Positions 10,613-20,423 of a stretch of DNA of 64,000 bases are shown here, piece by piece. Positions within the stretch are counted from its first letter, which is position 1. Each line of letters starts with the position of its first letter. Under the pieces are notes generated by a model, which was given only the letters and a program-made list of their open reading frames with translations, searched no databases and was not told the DNA's origin. The position numbers and the translations under genes were made by a program. The DNA is from Desulfatiglandales bacterium (GTDB taxonomy: Bacteria; Desulfobacterota; DSM-4660; Desulfatiglandales; Desulfatiglandaceae): the NCBI GenBank assembly GCA_963662465.1, contig OY759599.1, forward strand, positions 4,672,001 through 4,736,000, read 5' to 3'.

Positions 10613-12144
10613 ATCACCTGATTTCGTCCCGCTTTCTTGGCCCGATACATGGCCTCATCGGCCTTATTGAATAAATCTTCCCTGGATTGAATCCCCGCTC
10701 CGGGGTAACCGGCTACACCGATACTGATACTGATCTTAATATGCTTTCCATCGGCCGGAATGGCGTGATCCCAGACCCTTCTTCTCAGCTTTTCCGCCGC
10801 GATCAACGCCACCTCCGGAGGGGTTTCCGGAAGGAGTACGGCAAACTCCTCCCCGCCGTATCGGGCGGTGATATCCGAAACCCGAAGATTGTCCCTGAGA
10901 AGATTCGAGACCGCCTTCAGGACCTGATCGCCGACGGCGTGTCCAAACCGGTCGTTAACGGCCTTGAAATGGTCCAGATCGATCATCATGAAGGTTAAAG
11001 GCGCCCTATGACGATGGGCACGGGAAAACTCCGCCTTGAACCGCTCCTGAAAGTAACGGTGGTTATGAAGACCCGTCAGGTGATCGATGGTTGAAAACCT
11101 CTCAAACTCCCCATTGGAAACGGAAAGCGTCTCCAATGCCATAAGCTTGTCCAGCACCAGACCCGCGTAATTGGCCATGATGGAAATGGGGTCGGTGATG
11201 TCCATTTCCCCGGTCTCCGCCACCAGAATGCCCCGGGTAATTTTCCCCGCCTTCAAGGGAACGATGATCCAGTTCTTCAACCGGTTTACGCCTAACATGA
11301 GTTCCGGCGCACAATCCTTGTGGCTGACCACCCTTCCGGATTCCACGGCCAGCCGAATGGCATCCGTCTCCTCGGGATTCAACCTCAGATTTTCAATATC
11401 ACGGAGCCCTCCGCTCTCCCACGCCCCGGCCAATTGGTCGGAATCCTTTTCCATCATAAACGCCGCGGCGGTCAGGGCCCCGAACTCCCCGACCACCGTT
11501 TCGGTCATGAGACAACAGAGGTGGACGGGATCCATGCACTTGGATATCTCCAGGCTCATGTGATGAAGCGAGGCCATCTGGGCGTTCTGAGCGAAAAGGA
11601 TATCGGTTATCTCGCCAAGCTCTTTTCGCTGCTCCACCACCTCCTGGTGAAGACAGGAAATATTCAGGATCAACCCGGTAAACTGCCCCAGAAACTGGAC
11701 CAATTCCCGCTTATCTTCAGGGAGTTGATCGATTGAAAAAAAGCCGAAGGCCATGGATTTCCCCTTGATGGGAATAAGCATGGGGGCTTCGAACTCGGGA
11801 AAGAGTTCCTTCACCTCCCTGAACCGATCGGGCCAGACCACTATCTGGTCTTGCAGAACGCGCTTGAGGAGATCGGATGCTTCAATATCCAGGCGCCGGC
11901 GTTTGTCGGGGGCCACAAGCTTTCCGTTTCGAACGGTCTCATGGACCCTGCCCGGTTCCAGTGACAGCCACACGGCATTTTTCGACAGTTTCACCCGATC
12001 CCTGATATGATTGGACAATAAAACGGCCAGCGGTTCCAGTTCAGAAAGCTGGGTGGAAGAAAAAATAATATGCTTCAGATCCGTCAACTGCTCGTAAACC
12101 CCCTGGTACAGGTTTAACAGGTCATCCATTTTGAACCCTCCCAA
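10609..12144 (-). CDS. GAF-like plus GGDEF diguanylate cyclase
   Basis: DHLTGLHN, IDLDHFKAVND, RYGGEEF, ADEAMYRAKKAGRN. Confidence 0.92.
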   Translation of the reverse strand: MGGFKMDDLLNLYQGVYEQLTDLKHIIFSSTQLSELEPLAVLLSNHIRDRVKLSKNAVWLSLEPGRVHETVRNGKLVAPDKRRRLDIEASDLLKRVLQDQIVVWPDRFREVKELFPEFEAPMLIPIKGKSMAFGFFSIDQLPEDKRELVQFLGQFTGLILNISCLHQEVVEQRKELGEITDILFAQNAQMASLHHMSLEISKCMDPVHLCCLMTETVVGEFGALTAAAFMMEKDSDQLAGAWESGGLRDIENLRLNPEETDAIRLAVESGRVVSHKDCAPELMLGVNRLKNWIIVPLKAGKITRGILVAETGEMDITDPISIMANYAGLVLDKLMALETLSVSNGEFERFSTIDHLTGLHNHRYFQERFKAEFSRAHRHRAPLTFMMIDLDHFKAVNDRFGHAVGDQVLKAVSNLLRDNLRVSDITARYGGEEFAVLLPETPPEVALIAAEKLRRRVWDHAIPADGKHIKISISIGVAGYPGAGIQSREDLFNKADEAMYRAKKAGRNQVM

Positions 12145-12185
12145 TCAACAATCCATCAATCCCCAATCAACAATCCCTAAATCTC

Positions 12186-13382
12186 TCACATTGTTTTCAA
12201 AATCTCCCCGGCGATACGGTCAAGGGGGGCGATCACCTCGATGCCGCCGCCTTTGATCGCCTCTCCGGGCATCCCGAAAATCACCGATGTGGCCTCGTCC
12301 TGGGCGATGGTGGCCCCCCCCCTGTCCCGAATCTCCCGTATGCCGCGGGCGCCGTCATTGCCCATTCCGGTCATGACCACCGCGCAGGCGGCGGGGCCGC
12401 ATACCCTGGCCATGGAAGAAAAAAGAACATCGGCGGAGGGGCGGTACAGGGAGGTGGAGGGTTCCCGGCTCAAGGCGGCATAGAGCTTCCCCGACACCTT
12501 CTTTATGGTCAGGTGCATTCCGGCCGGCGACAAAAGCCCCAGGCCCGGAACGATTGCCTCGAAATCCCGGCAGACCTTGATATGGAGGGGAGAAATCTGG
12601 TCAAGCCTCTCGGCCAGCGCTCCGGTAAACCCCTCGGCGATGTGCTGAACGATCACGAGTCCGGCCGGCAGGTCCCGGGGCAGATTTTCAAGAACCACGG
12701 GAAGGGCCGCCGGGCCGCCGGTGGAGGCGACGATGGCGATGAGTTCTTTTCGAATCCTGACTTTCCGAAGAGGCGTTATCGGAACAGGTCTCTTTTCCCC
12801 GGCCGGAGGCCGCGGCAAAACAACTTTCCGCTTTCCGGGGACCATGGGGATTCGAGCGATGGCGGCCAACTTCACCTTTGTTACCAACTCGTTACGGATA
12901 TCGGCGATATTGAAGGATACGGGACCCGAAGGCTTGCCGATGAAATCCACCGCCCCCAGGGAGAGGGCCTCCATAGTCAGGCGGGCCCCCTCAAAGGTCA
13001 CGGAACTGACCATGACCACCGGGGTCGGATTCTTCCTCATGATGTGCTTAAGGGCGGCGATGCCGTCCATTTCCGGCATGATGACATCGAGCAGGGAGGC
13101 CGTCACCTGGAGCGTCCCCTTTCGAATGGCGCCGAAGACATCCTCCATCCGGTGCCCCACCTCCCGTATCTTGTCCAGCCCCACGAAAGAGGCCGTCCCC
13201 TTCAATGTATGGGCGGCACGGAATATGTCGTTGATCAGTTCCCCGTCATCGGGGGTTTCCTCCAACCGGGCCAGATCCAGGTTCAAGCGGTCCAGGTACT
13301 CCTGGGACTCCTCCAGGAAATCCTCCAGCATCTGGGCCAGAAGCTGCGCGTCCAAATCCGCGTTTTGATGATCGTCGGGCAT
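12186..13382 (-). CDS. In-frame CheA(Hpt)-CheB deletion fusion
   Basis: Hpt motif IFRAAHTLKG joins at VTASLLDV|IMPEMDG to the C-terminal half of a REC domain and a methylesterase (ASTGG, VQHI, GMGNDG). Confidence 0.85.
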   Translation of the reverse strand: MPDDHQNADLDAQLLAQMLEDFLEESQEYLDRLNLDLARLEETPDDGELINDIFRAAHTLKGTASFVGLDKIREVGHRMEDVFGAIRKGTLQVTASLLDVIMPEMDGIAALKHIMRKNPTPVVMVSSVTFEGARLTMEALSLGAVDFIGKPSGPVSFNIADIRNELVTKVKLAAIARIPMVPGKRKVVLPRPPAGEKRPVPITPLRKVRIRKELIAIVASTGGPAALPVVLENLPRDLPAGLVIVQHIAEGFTGALAERLDQISPLHIKVCRDFEAIVPGLGLLSPAGMHLTIKKVSGKLYAALSREPSTSLYRPSADVLFSSMARVCGPAACAVVMTGMGNDGARGIREIRDRGGATIAQDEATSVIFGMPGEAIKGGGIEVIAPLDRIAGEILKTM

Positions 13383-13466
13383 TTTGATCTCCCCCCCCTG
13401 GGATTGTTGATTGTTGATTGTTGATTGAAAGGACGTCGCTTCGCTCCGGTTATCAATCGCCAATCA

Positions 13467-13838
13467 TCAATCGAGAATTTTTTCCGTCAACGCAATGAGT
13501 TCCGAAGGTTTGAAAGGCTTCACAAGATAATCCCGGGCCCCCAGGGACATGGCCGTTTTTTTATCCTCCTCCTGCCCCTCGGTGGTGAGCATCATGACGG
13601 GAATGGCGGCGTAGGCATGATCCGCCTTGATCTTTTTCAAAAACCCGAAGCCGTCCAGGCGCGGCATGTTGATGTCAAGAATGATGGCGTCAAATGCTTC
13701 TTTGGCCAGCATTTCCAAGGCCTCCTGACCATCTCCGGCGGAAGTCACCTGAAAGCCCTTGCTCTTGAGCGAGAACTCCACCATTTTCCGAATGCTGGAC
13801 GAATCGTCCACGGCCAAAATCTTCTTCTGAGTGTTCAT
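13467..13838 (-). CDS. cheY: CheY-like single-domain response regulator
   Basis: ILAVDD, LDINMP, MLTTE, VKPF; lies between cheR and cheA. Confidence 0.85.
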   Translation of the reverse strand: MNTQKKILAVDDSSSIRKMVEFSLKSKGFQVTSAGDGQEALEMLAKEAFDAIILDINMPRLDGFGFLKKIKADHAYAAIPVMMLTTEGQEEDKKTAMSLGARDYLVKPFKPSELIALTEKILD

Positions 13839-13886
13839 CTTGCTCCTCCCTCAACTATTTAATATTCTTGGCGTCTTTGCGAGAGA

Positions 13887-14717
13887 TCATTCCGGTTTTC
13901 TGTACACCACCGATCCCCTGAGCCGCACCACCTCGAAGGGGCTGTCCACATGGGCCAGACTTTCGGCATGGCCCAGCAGCAGATATCCCCCTTTGTTGAG
14001 CGTTCGATATAAATGCTCAATACATCCGGCCTTGGCCCCGTCATCAAAATAGATCAGGATGTTTCGACAGAAAACACAATCCATGGCATGGATCCGACCG
14101 GTGGCAAACGGATCCACCAGGTTGATGCCGGCAAATTTCACCATTCTTTTCACCCTGGGCTTGACCCCATGTTTCCCATCGGTTTCATCAAAGTACTTTA
14201 ACCGATACAGGGGGGGGACATGCCTTATGCTGTAATCATCGTACAGGCCTTCACGGGCGGTTCGAAGAACCCTGGAACTGATATCCGACCCCAGAATCTC
14301 CAACCCGGCCCGTCCGGATTCCAACCCGTTTTCCAACAGGAGCATGGCCAGGGTGTATGGCTCCTCCCCGGTAGAACAAGCGGCGCTCCAGATTCTGAGG
14401 GGCCCCATCCCGCCGTTTCATTCCAGGAGCCGCGGAACGATCTCATGGCTGAAGTCTTCCAACTGATCCGCTTCGCGGAAGAAATAGGTCTCGTTGACGG
14501 TGACGGCATCGATCAACGCCTCCAGCTCCTGTTCACCACCGGGGTCATATTTGAGGAAATAACGGTAATCCCTGACCGTTTCCATGCCGGTGGCCTTGAA
14601 ACGAGTGTTCAGCCTGACCTTTAAAAAGCTCGCCTTGGACTCGGAAAGCCAGATCCCGCTCCGCGCTCTAATGAGATCCCTCAAAACCGTGAAGTCTTCG
14701 TTTGTTAAGTCCATCAA
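13887..14717 (-). pseudogene. cheR: CheR methyltransferase split by an in-frame TGA
   Basis: TVNETYFFRE...PRLLE*NGGMGPLRIWSAACSTGEEPY...FCRNILIYF...LGHAES, with the stop at 14418-14420. Confidence 0.9.
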
Positions 14718-16651
14718 TCCCCAATCCCCAATCCCCCAATCACCTTCCTAATCTCTTCATCCGGATCATCCCGCAGCGGCGCCGCCAAAGCGGCCAGTTC
14801 CGGATCCTTCATCCCCTCAAGCGCCTCTATGGCGGCGATGCGCACCGGTCCCACGTCTTCCATGAGGCGACGGCGCAGCGGCGCCATGGCCCTTTCGTCT
14901 CCAATTCTTCCGAGAGCGATCACCGCGGCGTAGCGAACCCAGATGTTTTCATCGGTCAGGGCGCCCAAAAGCGATTCCACGCTTCGAGAATCCCGAAGAT
15001 TCCCCAGGGCCGATGCCGCAAACTTCCGCACCTGCCAGTCCTCGTCCAGCAGGGCCGGCATCAACGGCCCCAGGGCCGAAAGGATCTTGCGCTTCCCCAG
15101 AATGCCGGCCGCAAAACGGCGCACCCCCCGCTCCGAGTTGTTGAGGCCGTCCATCAGATAGGCGTTGACCCTTCGGTCCATGATCAGCCCCAGGCACTGA
15201 ATGGCCGCCTGCCGGATTTCCATCTTTTCATGCCTCAGAAGCGGCGCCACATGGGTAATCACCTCGGGGGTTCCGATCTTTCCCAGGGCTTCGGAGGCCG
15301 ACTCCCGCACATCTCCATGGGAATCCTCCAGCAGGGGGAGCAAATACCGGATGGCTTTGACGGCCTTCATGACCCCCAGGGCGGCGGCACAGGCGCTCCG
15401 CACATGCGCGTTACGGTCGCTTAAATGTTCCATGAGCGGATCCACCACCGACCGATCCTTAAAAAGGGGCAGGGTTTCCGCGGCCATTTCCCGGATGACC
15501 TCATTGCCTTCCTTTAGAGCGGAGACCAGAAGGGGAATGGCTTTTTTGTCCCCGATTTGCCCCAGAATCCCCATGATCTCCTCTTGTATCCTTTCTTCCC
15601 TGCTCCCATAGGCATTCAGCAGGACCAACAGGTTCCGCGCGCCCAGGCGGACGAGGGCGTCACGGGAAAATTCCCGGATCCCTTCATCAAAATCCGCCAG
15701 CTGGTCCAGCAGCAACCCCATGTGACGCTCACTTCCCATGTTTCCCAGAGCCCAGATGGCCGATTTTCTGATCTCGGGATCATGGGTCTTGAGGGCGGAA
15801 GCGATCATCGCCTCCACGTCAATGCCCTTATCTTTTACCCGGTCAAAGACCCCGGTGGGTTCCACCTGCTCGATCCTGGAAAGGGCGGCCAGAGCCGCGA
15901 CCGGAATCATTTCATTTTCCGCGTTCATCTCGCCCATCAGAAAATCCACCCGGCTCGAATCGCCGATCCGGCCCAGGGCCTCGATCACGGCAAGGCGCAC
16001 CCACTCGTCTTCCTTATAAAGCGTCAAGAGATGGGGGACGGCCTCCCGTGCCTTCAGCAATCCCAGGGCCTCCACCGCCGGGTATCGAGCCCATTCGTCT
16101 TTGAGGATATTCAACAGATGGGGGACGGCCTTACTTTCGCTGATCTTTCCCAGGGCCTCGACGGCCGCATAACGGACGTTTTCCTCCGGATCTCGAAGGG
16201 CCTCCCGCAGCGCCGGAAAGGCCTCCTTCAGGCGACTGTTGCCAAGGATCCCCGCCGCGAATATCCGAACGTCGGGATCTTCATCCCCGAGGCAGGCTTC
16301 AACCGGGTGGAGGGCCGGCGGCCCCAGGTTGGCCAGAATCATCATCACCCGCGAGCGCAGGCCGGGATCATCACGGCGAAGGCATTCCAGCAACCTTTCC
16401 ACCAGCTTTTCGTGAGCCACCTCCGTCAATACCTCGGCCACCGCCAGTCGAACCCTTTGGGCCGGGTCGGTGAGACCCTCCATGAGCATGCGGTCCCCCT
16501 CGGGAATCCCCAAACAGCCTATCTCCCGATAGGCCTCCACCCGGACCTCTTCATCTTCCGCTTTCAGTCTCTCCCCGTATTGCGCCAACGCTTCATGTTC
16601 CAAAATCATCATCCTTATCCAAAGGCTTTTAAATCCACAATCCGCAATCAC
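14714..16651 (-). CDS. HEAT/PBS-lyase repeat protein
   Basis: Many repeats of about 31 aa (D...VRxAAxxALGxIG). The true start is probably near 16610. Confidence 0.9.
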   Translation of the reverse strand: MIADCGFKSLWIRMMILEHEALAQYGERLKAEDEEVRVEAYREIGCLGIPEGDRMLMEGLTDPAQRVRLAVAEVLTEVAHEKLVERLLECLRRDDPGLRSRVMMILANLGPPALHPVEACLGDEDPDVRIFAAGILGNSRLKEAFPALREALRDPEENVRYAAVEALGKISESKAVPHLLNILKDEWARYPAVEALGLLKAREAVPHLLTLYKEDEWVRLAVIEALGRIGDSSRVDFLMGEMNAENEMIPVAALAALSRIEQVEPTGVFDRVKDKGIDVEAMIASALKTHDPEIRKSAIWALGNMGSERHMGLLLDQLADFDEGIREFSRDALVRLGARNLLVLLNAYGSREERIQEEIMGILGQIGDKKAIPLLVSALKEGNEVIREMAAETLPLFKDRSVVDPLMEHLSDRNAHVRSACAAALGVMKAVKAIRYLLPLLEDSHGDVRESASEALGKIGTPEVITHVAPLLRHEKMEIRQAAIQCLGLIMDRRVNAYLMDGLNNSERGVRRFAAGILGKRKILSALGPLMPALLDEDWQVRKFAASALGNLRDSRSVESLLGALTDENIWVRYAAVIALGRIGDERAMAPLRRRLMEDVGPVRIAAIEALEGMKDPELAALAAPLRDDPDEEIRKVIGGLGIGD

Positions 16652-17013
16652 AAAAAAAATTTCCCCACCTCTTTCTCTAACGCCATGATATCATAAGGTT
16701 TTGACAAGTATCCATCACACCCGGCATCTCCGGTCCTTCTTTCATCTCCTTTCATGGCATAACCGGTTAAGGCGATAATGGGGATGGTTTTCGTTTCGGG
16801 ATCGGCCTTCAGGAGTTTGCTGGCCTCAAGGCCGTTCATCACCGGCATCTGAATATCCATCAAGATAAGATCCGGCTTTCTCTCCATGGCCAGTTCAACC
16901 CCCTCCCGACCATTGGTCGCCTCCAGGGAACGGTATCCAAACATCTCAAGGACATCCCTTAAAAGCTTAAGGTTCTTGGGATCATCCTCTACAATCAAAA
17001 CCGTCTTTTCCAT
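16648..17013 (-). CDS. Single-domain response regulator (DivK-like)
   Basis: VLIVEDD, LMDIQMP, IIALTGYAMKGD, SKPY. Confidence 0.9.
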   Translation of the reverse strand: MEKTVLIVEDDPKNLKLLRDVLEMFGYRSLEATNGREGVELAMERKPDLILMDIQMPVMNGLEASKLLKADPETKTIPIIALTGYAMKGDERRTGDAGCDGYLSKPYDIMALEKEVGKFFL

Positions 17014-17086
17014 TTCTATATCCCCCCCTCGAAAATAGTCCTTCCAAACTATTAACTTTTAACTATTAACTTTTAACTTTTAACTA

Positions 17087-17602
17087 TTAACTTGTAACGC
17101 CTTCGGCCGGAAAATAGACGGTAAAAACCGCCCCTTCCCCCGGTTCGCTCTCGGCACGGATATACCCCTTGTTCTGCTTCACGATGCCATAGACCGTGGA
17201 AAGCCCCATGCCGGTCCCCTTTCCCGCCTTCTTGGTGGTAAAAAAAGGGTCAAAGATCCGCTTCAGGATCCTCCGCTCCATGCCCATCCCCTTGTCGGCC
17301 ACCCGAAGCATGACGAATTGTCCGGGCTGAAAATCCGTTTCCGCAATATCTTCCGTGGTCAGGTCCGCCAGTATGCGCCGGTCGTCCCGCCGGTATTTTT
17401 CCGCCAGTTCCCAGGAAAAGAAATCGTCATCGGTCTTCCCGGCGACCTCCTCCTCGCGCATCCCCAGATCCTCGGCCAGAAGGCCGTTGCAGTAGACGTA
17501 CACGGAATTCAAGTCCTTAAAAAAGATCTTCTGGGGCAGATGCTCCAGAAGGGTCTTCAGGAAGTTCGATTTCTTCTCCACCATAGGGTTTTTTACGTTC
17601 AT
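17087..17602 (-). pseudogene. PAS-to-HATPase deletion remnant of a sensor kinase
   Basis: The PAS start (IFFKDLNSVYVYCN) is fused at TEDIAE|TDFQPGQFV to G1/F/G2. HisKA and the N-box are absent. Confidence 0.85.
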
Positions 17603-17751
17603 GTGGTTTTCCTCTGTCGCTCGTTTCTGGTTGCTGGTCTTTCCGAAATCCGAAATCATTCCAGTATGCTTGACCGCTACAACGCTTTAAGGTATCTTCA
17701 TCTTTAAAACACAAACCTGAATCCGGCACTTTCTATCTTGGAGGCATAAAA

Positions 17752-18051
17752 ATGCATTCTTTACTCGCTAATGTATCTGAAACGCTTAATATTCCTCCGG
17801 ATCTCATCATCCACATGGGCATCAAGGCGTTCCTGGAAAGGGAGATTCGTCTGGCCGAACTGGACATAGCCGATATCCGGGAAAAATATCTTGTCGCTTC
17901 CAGGGAGGACCTGGAAGAGAAGATACGGAATAGGACCATCCACAGTCACCCTGCATGGGAGGACCTCATCGACTGGGAGAATTCTGAAAAGCATATCCTC
18001 CAGCTGAAGGCGATCATCAAACAGGAATGGACCCATGCTGAAACAGTATGA
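17752..18051 (+). CDS. Hypothetical protein, putative antitoxin
   Basis: 99 aa with GGAGG RBS; overlaps the next gene; HSHPAWEDLIDWEN. Confidence 0.7.
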   Translation: MHSLLANVSETLNIPPDLIIHMGIKAFLEREIRLAELDIADIREKYLVASREDLEEKIRNRTIHSHPAWEDLIDWENSEKHILQLKAIIKQEWTHAETV

Positions 18052-18409
18052 ACAGATTGAGCAAATTGCCCATTCCGAATTCCCGGACATCGTGACGTCA
18101 TCCCGGATCATCCACAAGCGCTCACCGGGATCGCCCAAACTGCGTCTCCATTTCAAAGATCAAACATTCATGGATATCTGGCTCAGTGAAACTGGAAAAT
18201 ATTCCTTTCACTGGGAACAAAGGGCCAAGAGGGGGTTGATCCATCGCCATGACAATGCGCCCGATCACCCTGAAATAGACACCTTTCCAAAACACTTTCA
18301 TAATGGCGATGAGCAGAATGTTGTACCGAGTCATTTAACGGATACCCCTATATCGGCAGTGAGAGAGTTCCTTGAATACATCAGGGAATTCCTCGACTCC
18401 CATGGTTAA
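18035..18409 (+). CDS. DUF6516/TumE-like putative toxin
   Basis: YSFHWE...RHDNAPDHPEIDTFPKHFH. Confidence 0.75.
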   Translation: MLKQYEQIEQIAHSEFPDIVTSSRIIHKRSPGSPKLRLHFKDQTFMDIWLSETGKYSFHWEQRAKRGLIHRHDNAPDHPEIDTFPKHFHNGDEQNVVPSHLTDTPISAVREFLEYIREFLDSHG

Positions 18410-18456
18410 CCGCGCTTTCATTCGGTTCTCGTTGCTGGTCATTCCGCAATCCGAAA

Positions 18457-20349
18457 TCATTCCAACACCTCCCCCACCGCCGCCAGCAATTTCTCCGGCG
18501 AAAAAGGCTTCTCCAGAAAGTTGACCCCCGCATTCAGAATCCCGTGGTCTGCAATCACGTTGTCCGTGTAGCCCGACATGAACAGGACCCGAATTTCCGG
18601 GCGCAGGGCCGTCACCCGGTCCGCCAGCTCCCGGCCGGTCATTTTCGGCATGATCACATCGGTCAACAGCAGGTGGATCGCCCCCTCATGGGCCTCACAG
18701 ATGCCGAGGGCCGCCTCGCCGTCTTCGGCTTCCAGGACCCAGCGCCCGGATTGCTCAAGCGCCAGTTTCACCACCTTTCGAACGGCATTTTCATCTTCCG
18801 CCAGCAGAATGGTCTTTCCCGCGGATGATGCCCCCCCGGCAAAAGGCTTTTCCTCTCGGACCGGGGTCGCCTTTCCGTCCACCCGGGGCAGGTAGATCTT
18901 GAAGGTCGTCCCCGCATCCGGTTCGCTGTAGACCCAGATAACGCCCCCGCTCTGTTTGATGATGCCATAGACCGTGCTTAACCCCAAACCCGTCCCCTTC
19001 CCCTTTTCCTTGGTGGTGAAAAAAGGCTCGAAGATGTGGGAACGGGTCTCTTCGTCCATGCCCATGCCCGTATCGCTCACGGCGAGCATCACGTAGGGAC
19101 CGGGCGGAATGTTTTTCCCGCGCTCCTGAACGTAGGTCCCATCCAGGTCTACGTCGGCCGTCTCAAAGGTCAGCGCTCCGCCTTTGGGCATGGCGTCCCT
19201 GGCGTTTATGGCCAGGTTCATGAGAACCTGTTCCATCCGGACCGGGTCCACCCGCACCCTGCCCAGGTCGGGCGCAAGCGCCTGTCTCAGCCTCACATCT
19301 TCCCCGATCATTCCTCCCAGCATCTTTACCAGTCGGGCGACTACCCCGTTGAGAACCAGGACTTTGGGTTGCAGGGCCTGTTTTCTGCTGAAGACCAGCA
19401 GGCTTCCCGTGAGGGCCGAGGCCGATTCGGCCGCCTGTTTGATCTCGGAAAGATATTCCCGCAAGGGGTCTTTTTCGGGAAGTTTCATGAGCGCCATCTG
19501 GGCATACCCCAAAATGGGGGTCAGGAAGTTATTGAAGTCATGGGCCACACCGCCGGCCAGTCGCCCCACGGCTTCCATCTTCTGAGACTGAAAGGCCTGT
19601 TCCCGCATGGCCTTCAACTCGGCCGTCCGCTCTTCCAGATTCCGAATCATTCCGTCAAATCCCCGGGAGAGTTCCCCGATTTCATCACGGGCTTCGGTGG
19701 CCACATGGTAATCCAGATTCCCCGATCCAACGATTTCGGCCCCTTTGCGCAGCCGCTCGATGGGTTTTGAGATGGACCGGGAAAGAAAGAACACCAAAAG
19801 AAAGACGCCGATGATGAGGATGAGGGATGCCTGCACAATCCTGTCTCTCAACCGGAATACGGGTTTTAACACCTCGTTTTCGTCATGCCCCACCATGAGA
19901 ATCCAGGCGATATCCTTCCCCGGTCCGTAATGGTTCGTGCGAACATAGGAAAACAGCTTTTTCCGGTTTCCTTCCGTTGCCACAAAAACGCCGGCAAACC
20001 GTCCGTGCCCGCGGTGGCGTTCCCAGAACTCAAAAAACTCCTTTTTTATCTGACGGCTCAACACCGGGTAAGTTTCCCTTTGCACATCAGGGGTCTTTTC
20101 TCCGTTCGACTGGAAAAGACATTCCTTGAAAAACATTCCCTCCGCGAACAATTGAAGCTGCTCAGCGGCGTTTTTCGTATTGGCCTCGATTCTTCGGAGC
20201 ATTTCCCTTGCCAGAAAGATGGAAGTGCGACCCACCGATTTCCGCAGGGAGGTTTCGCTGACACTGACGGCATAAGCGGCCAGGGCCGCCATTACCACGA
20301 CCACCAGGAGACAGCCTGCCGTCAGTTTTCGGCCGATGGTGATTTTCAT
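18457..20349 (-). CDS. Membrane HAMP hybrid histidine kinase
   Basis: Two TM segments, HAMP (DEIGELSRGF), GGVAHDFNN, HATPase and a C-terminal REC (LLTDVIMP). Confidence 0.92.
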   Translation of the reverse strand: MKITIGRKLTAGCLLVVVVMAALAAYAVSVSETSLRKSVGRTSIFLAREMLRRIEANTKNAAEQLQLFAEGMFFKECLFQSNGEKTPDVQRETYPVLSRQIKKEFFEFWERHRGHGRFAGVFVATEGNRKKLFSYVRTNHYGPGKDIAWILMVGHDENEVLKPVFRLRDRIVQASLILIIGVFLLVFFLSRSISKPIERLRKGAEIVGSGNLDYHVATEARDEIGELSRGFDGMIRNLEERTAELKAMREQAFQSQKMEAVGRLAGGVAHDFNNFLTPILGYAQMALMKLPEKDPLREYLSEIKQAAESASALTGSLLVFSRKQALQPKVLVLNGVVARLVKMLGGMIGEDVRLRQALAPDLGRVRVDPVRMEQVLMNLAINARDAMPKGGALTFETADVDLDGTYVQERGKNIPPGPYVMLAVSDTGMGMDEETRSHIFEPFFTTKEKGKGTGLGLSTVYGIIKQSGGVIWVYSEPDAGTTFKIYLPRVDGKATPVREEKPFAGGASSAGKTILLAEDENAVRKVVKLALEQSGRWVLEAEDGEAALGICEAHEGAIHLLLTDVIMPKMTGRELADRVTALRPEIRVLFMSGYTDNVIADHGILNAGVNFLEKPFSPEKLLAAVGEVLE

Positions 20350-20423
20350 TCCATAACCCCCTGACCCGATCACATAAAACTTAAACCCTAAAACTTAAGA
20401 CTTAAAACCGCGGCCATGCCGCC

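Larger units (their letters stand above)
17630..18464. repeat. 34-bp direct repeat (17630-17663 and 18431-18464) flanking a two-gene cassette
   Basis: GTTGCTGGTC(T/A)TTCCG(A/C)AATCCGAAATCATTCCA, 32/34 identical. Confidence 0.9.
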
